DNA of 63,994 bases, the filler included, from Piptocephalis cylindrospora (Eukaryota): assembly GCA_003614145.1 (NCBI GenBank). It is 5 parts of 5 records of this genome, joined end to end, with 100 filler letters (N's around TTAATTAATTAA, not from the genome) between each part and the next. Parts side by side here need not be neighbours in the genome. Positions count along the whole stretch, not along the records: positions 12,926 to 25,675 come from KZ987960.1; 4 more parts are not named here. One strand, 5' to 3'. Positions 13,187 through 25,775 of this stretch are shown one piece after another (the first letter of the stretch is position 1; each line of letters begins with the position of its first letter). The notes beneath the pieces were generated by a model. It was given only the letters and a program-made list of their open reading frames with translations. It had not been told where the DNA came from and made no database searches. A program made the translations under genes and the position numbers.

Positions 13187-14257
13187 ATGCAAGAACCCAA
13201 CTTTACCTTTGAGAGTATCCTTCAGCCCAGGATACAGGAGTATCAAGTAGCGTTGCGGTCTCACGTAGAACAAAGTAAGATGGCTTCCTTGGAGGCTAGG
13301 ACAGCCTGGGCTCAAGACTTGACCGAGACCCATGGTAGGTGCTATCTTGAAGGGACTGATGCCGTAAGTGAGTGATCTACTCAACGCCCCAACCCAGACC
13401 TCATCCGGACCTCCAGGGAAGAGCTGACGAGAGCCAAGGCCAGAGCCATGGAAATGAATGCAGGTAGGCCATGCTACTTGTCGATTCTTATCAAACCATC
13501 TAGTCTCATCCTCACCCATGACAGTTTTGGAGAAGGAGGATATGGATCGTACAGAGGCCCTTACAGCCGTTAGGGAACAAGAGATTCGTCAAGCTGCCGA
13601 ATTGGAGGCGGTCGAGTCGCTGCGACAGCAAGTAGCCTCTACTCGACAAACCCTAGAGGTCAAGCGTACTCGTAAGTCACGCGAATGTCCCATGAATCTA
13701 TGGTTTCTTGGCGTTCCCAGCAACAATAACATCTTCTCTTTCTTCTTTCTCCAGGAATGCAACAAAAAAGGTTGGCGCTAGCAGAGCAAATGGAGCTGAA
13801 TGAACGGGAGATTCGGGCTTTTGAAGATATCTTGGGTCTCACTATTCAACCCTTGAAAGGTACGGGTTTATCCTGTGAGACTGAGTGCTGGAGCCCCTTG
13901 AGAGATAACTCTAATTATCTAATTTGCCAAACCAATTGATCAACTACCTCTCTATCTCTAGTGGACCGAACGCACTTTTCTTTTACTCATATATACCCCA
14001 AAGACCCCAAGAAGGCTTCAGAGTTAATTATCGATACTTCCTCTCATGATTATCGAGGTAAGCTGCGATGACACTAAAGATGGGATGAGCTGGGCTGACG
14101 TCAATATCGCTCTCTCGTCAACGTAGTCATGGTCTGCCATCCGATGATCCCGGCTTTGGAGGGCCTGACCAAGGATCTCCAAAGAGATCGAGATTTGTAT
14201 AAGTACCTTAAGCGGGTACGACATCACTTTGTCCAGTTGGCTAGGGAGGGTCAATGA
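13187..14257 (+). CDS. SPC25: kinetochore Ndc80-complex subunit Spc25, multi-exon
   Basis: coiled-coil exons, then ELNEREIRAFEDILGLTIQPLK, FSFTHIYPKDP...LIIDTSSHDY, VCHPMIPALEGLTKDLQRDRDLYKYLKRVRHHF (RWD-like tail); start codon tentative. Confidence 0.8.
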
Positions 14258-14616
14258 TGTGTGTGTAGAATGGGAAGCGAGATGTCTTCATTCTCCCTGG
14301 CACCGTCTCTTGGACAATAATAATATGAGTATGCTGTATTTCCTGGCATGTATGAGTCATAAGGGATGATCACACTGGGTACGACTAGACTCATGAAGGA
14401 TGATATATTGCCCTCTAACTGATAATAACTAACTGATAAAGGTCAAGGCACTGATACTTAGGATTAGCCTAGGATTGACAGTCCACCCTGGCTGTACATC
14501 CTAGCTGGGTTGGACTGCGCACACATCGCTCGCTAAAAGTCGCCTGGCACGTCACTCGCTTACAGCCGGGCACTCTCGGTTGATCCTTCTTTACATCCTC
14601 ATAGTAAGATCAGTAT

Positions 14617-17600
14617 ATGGCCAGTCAAGGGACCAGGTCAGACAGAAAGACTCTTCCAGATGCCTGGATCCAGGTGGAGAGGGCATATGCAATCTTCATC
14701 ACTATTTCCATCTTTTACTTGACGCGGCGAACCACGTCGACTGATGCGCACTTTACCCTCGATCAGGTACAAACGGCCATTCGACCTTTACTGCATCGGT
14801 GAGTGGTGTTGGTGAGAGGACGGAGAAACTATGCAAAGGGGATGGATTTCTTCTATTGTACTGACATGGTCTACACCTGTAGGGATATGACCCAGGACGA
14901 TGTATCGCTCTTTGCAGCCATTCGTCCTGGATCCATTGAGTTAATGCATGATTTAGTCGAGACAGATACTATGGCCTCAGAAGGAGTATGGGATATGGGG
15001 ATCAAATTACCAGAGCTTGCAGAGCATTTGCACCGACCAGTGTAGGTGAGTGAGGATGAGAAGGAGGAGAAGGAAAGGGGATATCCTGACACGCTTACTC
15101 TCATGAGACAGAAGAAAGAGGAAAAGAGGTCCAACTAGTCTAGATTGGGTGCAAGAGTACATTGGGAAGCAAAAGAAGGAATTTCACATGGCTCTTCTTG
15201 TTCTTGCAAATTCATCTCAAGAGCATGAGGTGAGAATGGGAGAGGCAGGAACGGGGTCGAATATGTACTTCTACTCATGGAAATCATGGAACCCCTAGAC
15301 TATTATGAAGGAGCTCGCGGGAAGGGCAAAGGAGCTTATCCCAGCCTTACCGTCTTATTCATGCCCTAAAGCCTCCATGGTGAAGAGAACTGATATTTTG
15401 AAAATTCCGAGGGACGACCCTATGGCTCTTCTACAGCTTATCCTTGACGAGGATGCCTCTACTTCCACGCAATGCGCTGTCCCTAATGGTCGTAGAACCC
15501 GTTTTGGTCATCAGGCCATATACGGTAAGGCCTCTGCCCTTGATGCATGGCATGCTTCATCGTCTCATTTACCCTCTCCCCCCCCCCTGCAGAGCCTTAT
15601 CCGGAAGGCATCTCAAGTGAAATAGCTAAGATGGTCTCTGATGCTTTCCCTGGGACCGATCAACTCTATTCTCACCAATCCCAGGCATTACGTTTGCTTG
15701 ACAAGGATGAGCATGTAGTTTTGGCTACTAGGACCTCTAGGTAAAGTCATAAGGTCGATTCGTTTATCCCTCTCTTTGTGACTCAATCCCCCACCCATAT
15801 CTCTCTCCTTTTCAGTGGGAAAAGCTTGGTGTATCAGATAAGGTGTTTGCAGCTTCTTATCCACGATCCCAATTCTCGCATTTTATGCATGTTCCCGACC
15901 AAGGCTCTGGCGCAAGACCAGGCCAGATCATTGAGGATGCTCCTTTCCCACGCACCCTTTGGACTAAGCGCAGATGATCTATTCCTCTATGACGGAGATC
16001 AGGGCACGAAGGCGAGAAGAGGAGCGAGATCCGCGAGAATCCTCTTCACCAATCCGGATGCATTACATCATGGTATCTTGCCTAATCGAAAACTATGGTC
16101 CATTCTATTAGAATCTCTACGTCTAGTTGTCCTAGATGAAGCACATGTGTATGTCGGACCCTTTGGGGGACATGTCTCTGGGGTGATTCGAAGATTACGG
16201 AGACTGTGTTTCCTTCATGGAAATAGGCAAGTGCAATGGATTGGCTGCTCAGCCACGATCACCCACCCATCTAAGGTGAGTTGGGGGGGGGGGGGGGGGG
16301 GTTGATGAGGATGAATTTGTGGGAAATCCCATCAAGCTCATTTCACCGAGAACCTAGCACATGGAGGAATTGACTGGTATCGAGGGGATACGGGAGGTAA
16401 GGGAAGATGGATCGGCTCATGGGATCAAGGAATATGTCATGTGGCAAGGCCCAAGGATTCAATCCAGAGGCTCTGAGGGAGAGATGGAAATGAGTTCAGA
16501 TAGAGGATCCTCCCTGGAAGAGTGCACCCGTCTCCTGATGCTAATGTTACATAGCCGTATACGCACTATTGTGTTCTGTCGGGTACGTCTTTTCTCTCAT
16601 CTATGTTATTTCTCTTTAAAGAACTCACCACCTATGCTTTCCCTTGGTGCCTCCAGACTAGAAAGCACTGCGAGTTACTGATGAAAGAAACAAGGGACAG
16701 AATCCTTCGAGAGACGGCAGATCAATCTCTAGTCTCCAAAGTAATATCCTACCGAGGAGGATACCAGGCGGAGGAAAGAAGGAGGATTGAGGCGGACATG
16801 TTCTCTGGAGCCTCAATGATCGTCATCTCCACAAGTGCCCTAGAGATTGGTGTGGACCTAAGCCACATTGATTGTGTGATGATGCATGGAGTCCCCCGGG
16901 ACCTAACATCGTTTCACCAGCAGGCCGGAAGGGCAGGGAGATCTGGGAGGAATGGATTAGTGTTAGTGGTGGGTAATGCAAGCTCTCTGGATAGGTATTA
17001 CCTTGAGCATCCTGGAAAGCTCCTAGACGCCGAATTTGCCACGGACCCGGTTCACTGGTCAGATCCGATGATCCTTGGGGAGCAATTACAATGCGCGGCC
17101 TATGAATCTTTCTTAGATCCGCATAGGGATGAGGTTTGGTGGAATGGGGTTCCGGGAGGTCTGGAGGCTATGGCAAAACTCTACTTGAGACCCGTGGGAT
17201 CAAGTGCATTTACCTGGACGCAGACATATGACCCCTATCCTGCTGAGCAAGTTCAGTTAAGAAGTGGTAATGGCTTCCATGGAAAGGAGGGGGAAAAAGA
17301 TTGGACCGTGGTGGATGTTGGCCGAGGACGCGGCCTAAGGATCCTGGAGGTGGTGGAGCCCTGTCGGGGTATCTACTCTCTCTATCCTGGAGCCGTATGG
17401 CATTATCAGGGACACACTTTCTTGGTAGAGGAGCTGGATGTGGACAAGGGATGGGTTGGGGTCCGGCTAGCAAGGGTGGATTATCTAACAGATCCGCGGG
17501 ACTACACGGACGTGGACCCAGAGGATCGGATGGTCTCTATGACCTTGGATGAGGCCGAGAGAGGCACAAGTGTATGCTATGGACGAGTGTGTGGTAAGGG

Positions 17601-18265
17601 AAATTTGGGGGTATTGAGAGGGAGTGTAAGATGAGTGAATGATACTGAATTATTGCGTACTCTAGTAAAACGAACGGTGTTTGGATACTACAAGGTGCAT
17701 CCGAAAACCCGTGCGATCCTAGACCGAGTGGAGCTTGCAGCAATTACGGAGCGGGAGTGGACCGAGGGATTATGGATAGACATTCCCGGGAGATATGTAG
17801 AAAGGATCAAAGAGGGGATGGAGGCGTCTATTCACGCAATGTGTCATGCCTGGATGCTCCAAGCCCCCCTGGCCACGGGATCGACGACGGGGTCAGCCGA
17901 TCTACAGACTGAGTGTAAGCATCCAGCGGCTACTCGATTTCGTCCTCCAAGGTGTGTATGGAGAACGAGGGGTATGATGGATTTCTTTGATCGTATAATT
18001 ATTGACATGCTCTCCAAGGCTTATCCTATATGATGGGCCCTCGGGAAAAGGATGGAGTGCTAGAATACTTCCAATGGTACGTGAGACGCTTTGGGGGGCT
18101 CTGGAAAGGATGGAGGAGTGTGAATGTGATATGGGCTGCCCGAAGTGTGTGGAGCATCCTAGATGTTCAGAGCAAAACAGAGTGTTGGACAAGAACGGAG
18201 CCATCCAACTCATGAATCTTCTCTTACGAGGACATTGGGAGGAAGGGGAAGGGAAGAGGCAATAG
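14617..18265 (+). CDS. HRQ1: Hrq1/RecQ4-like DEAH helicase with C-terminal DUF1998 Zn-binding domain, multi-exon
   Basis: LYSHQ, T-SGKSL (split by an intron), FPTKALAQDQ, TNPDALH, VLDEAHVY, SAT, YRGGY, TSALEIGVD, QQAGRAGR, C-terminal CECDMGCPKC. Confidence 0.93.
16283..16301 (+). repeat. G19 homopolymer in an HRQ1 intron
   Basis: run of 19 G just after donor GTGAGT. Confidence 0.85.
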
Positions 18266-18505
18266 AAAAGGAGCACACTACTTTATCCACACACACACAT
18301 ACTGATTCCCTCTCTCCTACCCATCCAGGAGTACTGGTACGCAGAGTTACTCCCCCTTCCCCCTTCCCCTTCTCCCCTCCACTTGGGCCATTTTGGTCAT
18401 TATGCTACGAGAGATAAAGGAGGACGTGTGTCACCCTCCCACCCGTACTTGACAGTAGCATATCCTAACAACACACTCGACGGATAAGCCCGGCTATTTG
18501 TCTTT

Positions 18506-19465
18506 TTAGAAAAAGTACCAGGAAATGAGAAAGGAAAGGACCGAGATGAGGATGGCGGTGGTGAGAGGAATCTGCTGGTCCTTGGAGATTGGGCCCTGTT
18601 TGGGTGTGAAACGATTGACCTCGCCATCTTTGACGGCCTTGAGGAAATCGTCCTTTTGCTTCTTGAGGGCAAGGTTGGCCTGCTGAAGCTCCTTGTCCTT
18701 GCTGAGGGATTCAGCCCGTAGGAGCTGAATGGCCTTGGAGTATTTACGGTTCTCCTCCAACAGGACGTCGACCTTTTTCGAGAGCTGCTGATTGAGAGCG
18801 TTGAGGGAGGAGACGGACTGGCCAGAGGAGGAAGAGGAAGAAGTAGTAGACAGGATGGAGGTACGTTTCTCCTATGTACAGAGAGGATGATTAGGATGAG
18901 TGGATGATCGTATAGACCGGTCCTTATCGACGGGGAGATGGCTACTCACGGGATCAAGAGAATCGCTGTGGGAGGTTGGGGAGGACCCACCTCCTTCAAT
19001 CTGGGCGTCCGGGGCAAGGTAAACACATCGAAGCTTCTTCTCGTGAATATCAGACTTGGCCGTCCGTTCAACTTGGTGCCATAAATCGACCAGGTCAAGG
19101 CCTTCCCGTTCGGAGGTAAGGGCAATGGACTGAACAAGAAACTTATCCTTACACTTGTAGCCTTCCGGGGGGTCCTCTACCATGGGCTGGGAGACAACCT
19201 GGATGTCCTGCCAGCTACCAGGCTCGATGGTGCCCGCGTTGGGCCGAACACAGTATTGTTTGGGAGATGTGGTCTTTACCTTGAAGGCAACCGTTGATGA
19301 CGAAGTATTTTTAATGATGAGCTTTTGCTTGACCGTCTGGGTAAGTGGACCTAGGGAGGGAGGTAAGGCAGGACGAGATGAGATGAGAGAAGGGACGGAA
19401 CGGGGGGGGGGGATGGACTTACGGTGAAAGGCAAGCTGAGTGTCCGGAGAGAGTTCAATGGACAT
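18506..19465 (-). CDS. SCS2: VAP/Scs2 ER membrane protein (MSP domain, coiled coil, tail anchor), multi-exon
   Basis: VAFKVKTTSPKQYCVRPNAG, CKDKFLVQS, EKKLRCVY; C-terminal TM AILISVLSFLISWYFF. Confidence 0.95.
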
Positions 19466-20195
19466 GATGAAGGTGAGGCTAAGAGGAAAGGGGGTGGGTG
19501 GGAAGGTAAAAAGGAGGTCAGGTAGAAAGAAAAGGGGGAAAAGTAGAAGAGAAGAGGGAGGGAGGAAGGAGAGAACCTACCTGCACCTCCTCTCACCTTA
19601 CATTTACATGGTTGGGGATTTCCATACGTGGGCTTGGCTGAAATGGAGATGGACGAGGAGGCAGGGCCAGGGTGGAAAGGTGGAGAGAGGGGGAGCACTG
19701 GGTGGTCAGCGGAGGCATCACCAAAAAGAGACTGACTTTCTCCTGTGTGCGTCCGTGTTCACCACTACTTGAATCAGGCTGGAGAGAGGCTGTGTCTCGT
19801 AGCTGTGTGTGCAGTTCCCCTACAGTGGGTTCACTGTGGCGTTGCGTCTGAGGATGCATCTTGATGGGGGGATACTGAGGTATGTATGGGGAGAAAGGGC
19901 AAGGAGGATCTGCTAAACTTCCCCTCTTAATTTATGGTGTTCAGCAGGGTAAAGCAGTGTAATTTGGATGTGTCAGCAGTCCATCCAAACAGCGTGCATG
20001 CCTACAGACATCGGCAAATGCACAGCAGGGAAGACTGCAAAGACCCAGCATGACAGCACCTGTAACACCCTGGATGAAATTATTCTGAATTACGCTGCCT
20101 GTTGTTATTATTTCATGAAGGTATCTTGGAAGAAGGAAAGATTAATCCTCCGTTTACCTCTGTCCCTTGCTCCTCCCTCTCCCGCATCTTTGGCC

Positions 20196-20495
20196 ATGAC
20201 CCTTCCTCATTTTCTCCTGGGTAGGATAAGGGCCCTCAGTAGACAAGGTCATCCTCTAAGGGTAGCCTGCCGCTCCAAACGAACTCACTCCAGTACTCCA
20301 GGATATTATGAGCCCCAGCTGACATGGACGCAAAAGTTCGGCAGCCCTATCCTTCACTTTATCCTAGTGGCCTCCGTGATCGCCGAGGGGCTCGAGCTCC
20401 TCCGAGAAGAGCTATCCTTTCAACGGGATCGAGTGGAGATGACTGAGAGGTATGAGGAAGCATTAAGCGGAGCTGGGACTGGAAAGACGGAGTAG
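20196..20495 (+). CDS. small putative mitochondrial inner-membrane protein (Ina17-like?)
   Basis: Arg-rich presequence-like N-terminus MTLPHFLLGRIRALSRQ, single TM FGSPILHFILVASVIA, then a short coiled coil. Confidence 0.5.
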   Translation: MTLPHFLLGRIRALSRQGHPLRVACRSKRTHSSTPGYYEPQLTWTQKFGSPILHFILVASVIAEGLELLREELSFQRDRVEMTERYEEALSGAGTGKTE

Positions 20496-20531
20496 ACAAT
20501 CAGTGTATGTGTTCCATGAAAAGAATAAGCC

Positions 20532-21231
20532 ATGGGATATTCAGGATACACTAGTGTAAGCAGCATATACAATTTTCTCTTCTCCAAGGAAGCAGTTCTT
20601 CTCACTGCAATGAACCAGCCATTAAATGCAATGTACCCTTGGTCTGCTTTCTCCTATCCCACTGGTGCCCTTTCTGAGATGAGTTGGTCAACTGCTGAAG
20701 AACCTGCTTGGTTGGATTATCATATTACACTTGCACATCAACAGACGATCATCCGGGATGTAGCATTGATGAAGCTCAGTATCCCGGGATCTTTGGTCCA
20801 AGCAAGCCTTTTTGACATGTATCCTTCCATTCGGGGAATAGGCGCTGTCCAGCCGCCATCAAAATGGAATTTGAAGGGCTTGGAACTTAGCCTTGGGAAC
20901 TTTAATCAGGATTCGGCTTCGTCTTGGGGAGAGTTGAATCGGTAAAATGAGGCTTAATGACGCGTTCTTAACTGAAATTCAATTCTTATCGAGGGGTATC
21001 TTAATCAGGAGATGGTTCACGAGAGAGGACGGTAGGGAAAAATGGAGAGAAATTGGACGCGTATTCTTCAGACTGATGCAAAAAGGGATCAAATATTCAG
21101 CTACCTGTACTTTTTTATTCACTAAAAGGAGACTCATGGATGAGAGTACAGGGGAGGTAACGGTAAAGGAAGAAGGCGCACTTTGCGAAGAAGACAAGGG
21201 GGTTCATGGGGCGGAGGCCTGGAGTACCTGA
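20532..21231 (+). CDS. hypothetical protein (two ORFs joinable by a 67-nt intron)
   Basis: a GT(20942)...AG(21008) intron would join ORF 20532-20945 in frame with ...RRWFTRED of ORF 20947-21231; no recognised domain. Confidence 0.35.
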
Positions 21232-21643
21232 CCTCGTCCTCCCCTTAACCAGCCATGCACTCAAGGGACAAGGCTACCTTTGAACCCCATACAACAGTAT
21301 ATATTCTACATGGGAATCCCAGCCCGATCTTTGTTCATGATAAGCACTCTGTGCATAGTAGGCGCTACCCAACAACATCTTGACATGAGGGCTGCACTCG
21401 TCACACAGGGGTTTCTGAGACAAATCATCAGGGGGCGGTTCAAAAGTATCGATTCGTTTCACTTGTTTTACCGATATCTTTATCTCCCATCTCATCCCAG
21501 TCACCCCACCACGACCATCATCAACCCATAGAGACAAATACTCTACACACAGAGGCACAGACACTAAGACACGGACAGATTCAGAGTAAGCAATACACAC
21601 ACGGATCAATTCGGGATCCATGAGAAACATCATCCGCCCATCA

Positions 21644-24040
21644 TCAGGGCGCAGATTTTGGAAAACTCCAGGATGATAAAGGGCTACTACTGCCGCTGCT
21701 ACCAGACGAAGGAGTAGATCTCCGACCACGAGACCTCACAGGAAGCCGAGGAAGTCGAGGAAGGCCTTGGCCCTCTCCCTCACCTTCCATCCCCTCCTTG
21801 ATATCACCCTCGGTTCTTAGGGTAGGGGCGCCGGGTCGGGATCGGACAAGCTCAGTGCGTGTCTTGGGCCCCTCCCATACCCCATCTCGTCTGCTAGGCC
21901 CTCCTCTGGGTTCGGAAGAGGAGGGGGAGGAGCAAAGGCCAAAGAGGGGTCTGAGAATCTCCTTATCCTTGACGGCTAGGCCTTCCCGGACTAACCGGGA
22001 CATGGCCTCATCCACTCCATCAGAAAGAGAGAGAAGAGTAGTATCCGAGGCACGAGAAGGAGAGGAGGATAAAGGGGAGGTGGAGGGCTTTGCCATCATC
22101 TCCATCCTCATGGCTTCAAGTAATCTCAGAAGGTAGCCAAAGGCCTCGGAGGATGTGGCTTCCCCAGAGGTCAGAAGGGCCAGAATCGCCTCGAGGATGT
22201 GTGGAGCCTGATCCTCCACCCCCTCCCGTTTACCCCCACCCACCCTTCTCCTTGATCCTCCACTCATCCCTCCCGCCCCTCCTCCCGAGCCATGGGAGGA
22301 AGATGTTCCACCACCACCACCTAGACCCTTTCCGCCCCCGAGGAGAATACCTGGACGAATACCTGAAGCCTGTTCCCGGGAAGGCCTTCGAGTAGGGCTA
22401 ACGGATCTAGAGCGTACAGGGATGACCGGGGGAATGAGGGAGGGAGGGACCTGAATACCAGCCTGGGATAGCTGACGACGATGGCCTCGACGATGACTGG
22501 ACCTGGCCTCCCGGGAGCAAGGAAGAGTTGAGGAAGGAAGGGGGCTGGGTCTCGGGGTGGGAGAGGCCAAGGCCCTGTCCGTTTCCCTGGATTCCTGATC
22601 GGTTGAACCCAGGGTCCGACTCTTCCTCATACTCAGCTGCTGATTGGGCGGGGAGGAGGGGAGGAGTCGAGCCATGGGCGGAGGGGTCACCACTAGACTG
22701 GGAGCCATGGAAAAAACCGTTGAGCCCGGGGAATGACCTGAGAGTAAGGGGGATCCAGAGGAGGTAGAGGCCAAGGCAATTTGTTCACACTTGGCCAACC
22801 AAGCGGTGAGGAGTCGACGCTTTGGGCCCACCGGGTCGGATGTAGCACATTGGGCAAGGGTGGAAGCCGAGGGCCTCTCCAGTCCATCCCCACCCCTCCT
22901 CCTACTGGTTAGTGGAGGGGAAGAGATCAATGGGGAAGCCTTATCCCTTTCCTCCTCGAACTTGACCTCTTCTGATTTGACCTGCTCCTCCTCCTCCTCC
23001 GCCGCCTCCTTCTTGTCCACACCTTCTCTTGAGCTATTCTCTGAGGGGAATACCCTCCTCTGACCCACATCCTTGGGCCTGCTCCATGCAGGATCCACTT
23101 TGGATCGGGCCTCCTCCCTCTCACCCTCACCATCGCTCGAGGGTCCACTGGTCCAAATACCCAGATTTTCCACTGCTGGAGAGAATCTTCGAGCAAGTTG
23201 AGGGTAGGTCAGAGTGAGGTCCTTCCAGGTGGATATAGCCCCATCTCTCCTGCAGCGCTGGGCTAACCAAAGCCAGGATTCCTGAATTCCCTCCTTGAAT
23301 CCCAGTTCTACACACACGCGGAGGATCCTTTGGGCCCGAGTGAGGTCTTCGTGGAACTCACGGGAAAAGGCCTTGGTGTACATGAGTCGTAGGGTGGTGT
23401 GAAATGCCTCCATATCGCCCTGGGTAACCGGGGCATCTGGGGCCAAGCGGATGAGGATATGGAGGGGGGAAGGGGGAGTGGGATGATTGTATGAGGAAAG
23501 TCGATCCCGAAAGTAACGGGATTGAATAAGAACGAGATAATGCAGGTGAAGAGTAGGGGGAGGAGAGGAGGTCTGGAAGGAAAGCTGAAGGTCCGAGTAC
23601 CTTTTCGGATTGGCCCATAAGAGCTCACCCACGGATGGGTAATGATGCAAGGGTTTCGGGTCCAGAGAGACAACTGGATCCAAGGTTGGGGAGGATGCTG
23701 GAGAAGATGAAGGGGAGGAGGAGGACGAGGAGGGAGATGAAGAGGAGGAGGAAGAGAAAGAGGCCAAGGTGATAATGGGATCCACCAGGGTAAATAAAGC
23801 CTGGGAAGAGGGGGAAGGGGATGATCTCCGTACCGGGGATCTTTTTGGGGAAGCTGGGGTGGAGTGGGGAGGATCATGTTTGGGGACACGGATCGTCAGG
23901 GACTGCCGACGTCCGTGAGACGGTTTTGCCTTTCGAATGGGCTCTGCGGGGTCCCTTGGGCTGGAAGTGGTCATGACCGAGATGGGTGAAGAAGGGACTG
24001 GTGAGGTTGGGGAGGAGGAAGCAGTGGAGGTAGGGGCCAT
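21644..24040 (-). CDS. Ser/Pro-rich protein with a BTB/POZ-like domain
   Basis: long ORF; first ATG at 24040 (MAPTSTASS); YSDLQLSF...LHLHYLVLIQSRYFRDRL...FHTTLRLMYT resembles the BTB signature. Confidence 0.65.
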   Translation of the reverse strand: MAPTSTASSSPTSPVPSSPISVMTTSSPRDPAEPIRKAKPSHGRRQSLTIRVPKHDPPHSTPASPKRSPVRRSSPSPSSQALFTLVDPIITLASFSSSSSSSPSSSSSSPSSSPASSPTLDPVVSLDPKPLHHYPSVGELLWANPKRYSDLQLSFQTSSPPPTLHLHYLVLIQSRYFRDRLSSYNHPTPPSPLHILIRLAPDAPVTQGDMEAFHTTLRLMYTKAFSREFHEDLTRAQRILRVCVELGFKEGIQESWLWLAQRCRRDGAISTWKDLTLTYPQLARRFSPAVENLGIWTSGPSSDGEGEREEARSKVDPAWSRPKDVGQRRVFPSENSSREGVDKKEAAEEEEEQVKSEEVKFEEERDKASPLISSPPLTSRRRGGDGLERPSASTLAQCATSDPVGPKRRLLTAWLAKCEQIALASTSSGSPLLSGHSPGSTVFSMAPSLVVTPPPMARLLPSSPPNQQLSMRKSRTLGSTDQESRETDRALASPTPRPSPLPSSTLPCSREARSSHRRGHRRQLSQAGIQVPPSLIPPVIPVRSRSVSPTRRPSREQASGIRPGILLGGGKGLGGGGGTSSSHGSGGGAGGMSGGSRRRVGGGKREGVEDQAPHILEAILALLTSGEATSSEAFGYLLRLLEAMRMEMMAKPSTSPLSSSPSRASDTTLLSLSDGVDEAMSRLVREGLAVKDKEILRPLFGLCSSPSSSEPRGGPSRRDGVWEGPKTRTELVRSRPGAPTLRTEGDIKEGMEGEGEGQGLPRLPRLPVRSRGRRSTPSSGSSGSSSPLSSWSFPKSAP

Positions 24041-25439
24041 TGTATCTGTAGAGAGGGCGTCAGAGGAAGGAGGAGGAGGAGGAGGAGGAGAAGGAGGGGA
24101 GGGGGAAGAGGGGGGGATCACCTCGGGGAGGCCAGACTTCTCCGAAAAGGAGCTGGAGAGCGGATCCCTGGATGCGGAGGTAAAGAGACACCTGGACTCT
24201 TGACTAGGAGAAGTAGGAATGGGAGGGGAGGAAGGGGCAGAGGAAAATAGGGTAGATAGAAGGGTGGATAGGTAAAAGGGCTGAGAGGACGACAGATTGG
24301 GCAAAAGAGAATAGTATGTTTGGGGAGAAAAGGACAAAACTAGGGGATCCCAGCAGTAGAGGTAGGGATTGAATGAGGGATCAAAGAAAAAAAAAGGTAA
24401 GGGGAAGGGGGAGGGGTAAGAAGAAGAGTGCCTTACACAAGGGATGACTAGGGTTTTCGAGTACGAATCCGATTGGGATGGAAGGAATAAGGGGTGTACA
24501 GATCGAGTGGGGAGGGGTAAAGGTAGTTTTAAAGGTAGATGAGGAAGGAAGAGGGGAGGAAGAGGGAAGAAAGAAGGGGTCAAGGACCCGAGTGGAGATT
24601 GAAACGGACAGCACACCTTTACGGTGTGAGTGAGCTGGACGGGGGATGTGGGGGACTGGGGCGGGAACACACACAGACAAGGCAAATGTGGGACGGGTGA
24701 GTTGGGTGTTGCCTGATGAGGGATGTATGTGTGTGTGCTCGGTAGTGTATGGGCCGTTTGGATTTAGGGCAGGTCAGGGGGAAGTTTGAAGGCCTTTGGG
24801 GATGGGCAGCGGAGTGAGTGTGATGATGATGACGATGAATCCATGGTGTCAAGATGAATTACCCAGCTTACCTGGACTGAGCCTTGGGAGACTAGAGGAA
24901 GCTAGGGAGACCAAAGGTTCAGGGAAAGGTCAGCACGCGAGAGCGCAGGGCAAGGAGATAAGGTAGAAGTATGAAGGGAGAGAGAGGAGAGAGATCGGGA
25001 TAGGAGAAGATAAATGGTACGATACGGAATAAAGAATAGTGGGGTAATAGAGGGGATGGGGGAAAGAAAGAAAAAGAGAAAGAGAGAGAAAGAGAAATAA
25101 TATAAAAGCAAAGAGATGGACTCATCCGATCCAAAGCCATCAAGGATATGGAAAGAATAGAATCTTGCTTTTTGAAGGGATTATCGCTCTCCTCCGACAG
25201 GTCCCCTCTTTCACCCTGGCCTTGCTAATCCTAGATTTGAAGATGGAACAGGCCAAGGTAAAGCACTAGGGTAGGGTAAGGGGATAGTCACTCCCCTCCC
25301 TAAGGATCTTCGTACTGACTCTTCCAGGGACATTCAGGAGAGATTGTGTAGGTGTGTGCGACGGAGCATTGTGATTGTTTGGACTGGGCGGTCGGTTAGG
25401 GGATAGCGTTGTAGGATGCGCAGGGCATCCACGCCTCTT

Positions 25440-25655
25440 GGGAGGGGGGGAAGGGGGGGGGGGGGGCCCTTCCTTTGGGGAGAAACCCTTGGGGGTGGGG
25501 TAAGGAAAAGGGAGGGGGTTTTACATCCCAAATGGGGGGGGTTTTTTGGTTATTTGGGTGTCCACACCTACAAGCAATTTGTCCCCCCCCCCCCCCTTCT
25601 TTTTTTCCCAACAAACGCACTCCTCCCCCCCCCCCCCCCCCCCCCCCCCTTTCCC
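25440..25655. repeat. G/C homopolymer-rich low-complexity contig end
   Basis: multiple G, C and T runs near the contig edge. Confidence 0.75.
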
Positions 25656-25675
25656 CTATTTGCCTTGGAAACACC

Positions 25676-25775
25676 NNNNNNNNNNNNNNNNNNNNNNNNN
25701 NNNNNNNNNNNNNNNNNNNTTAATTAATTAANNNNNNNNNNNNNNNNNNNNNNNNNNNNNNNNNNNNNNNNNNNN
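25676..25775. other. artificial contig spacer
   Basis: N44-TTAATTAATTAA-N44. Confidence 0.99.
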
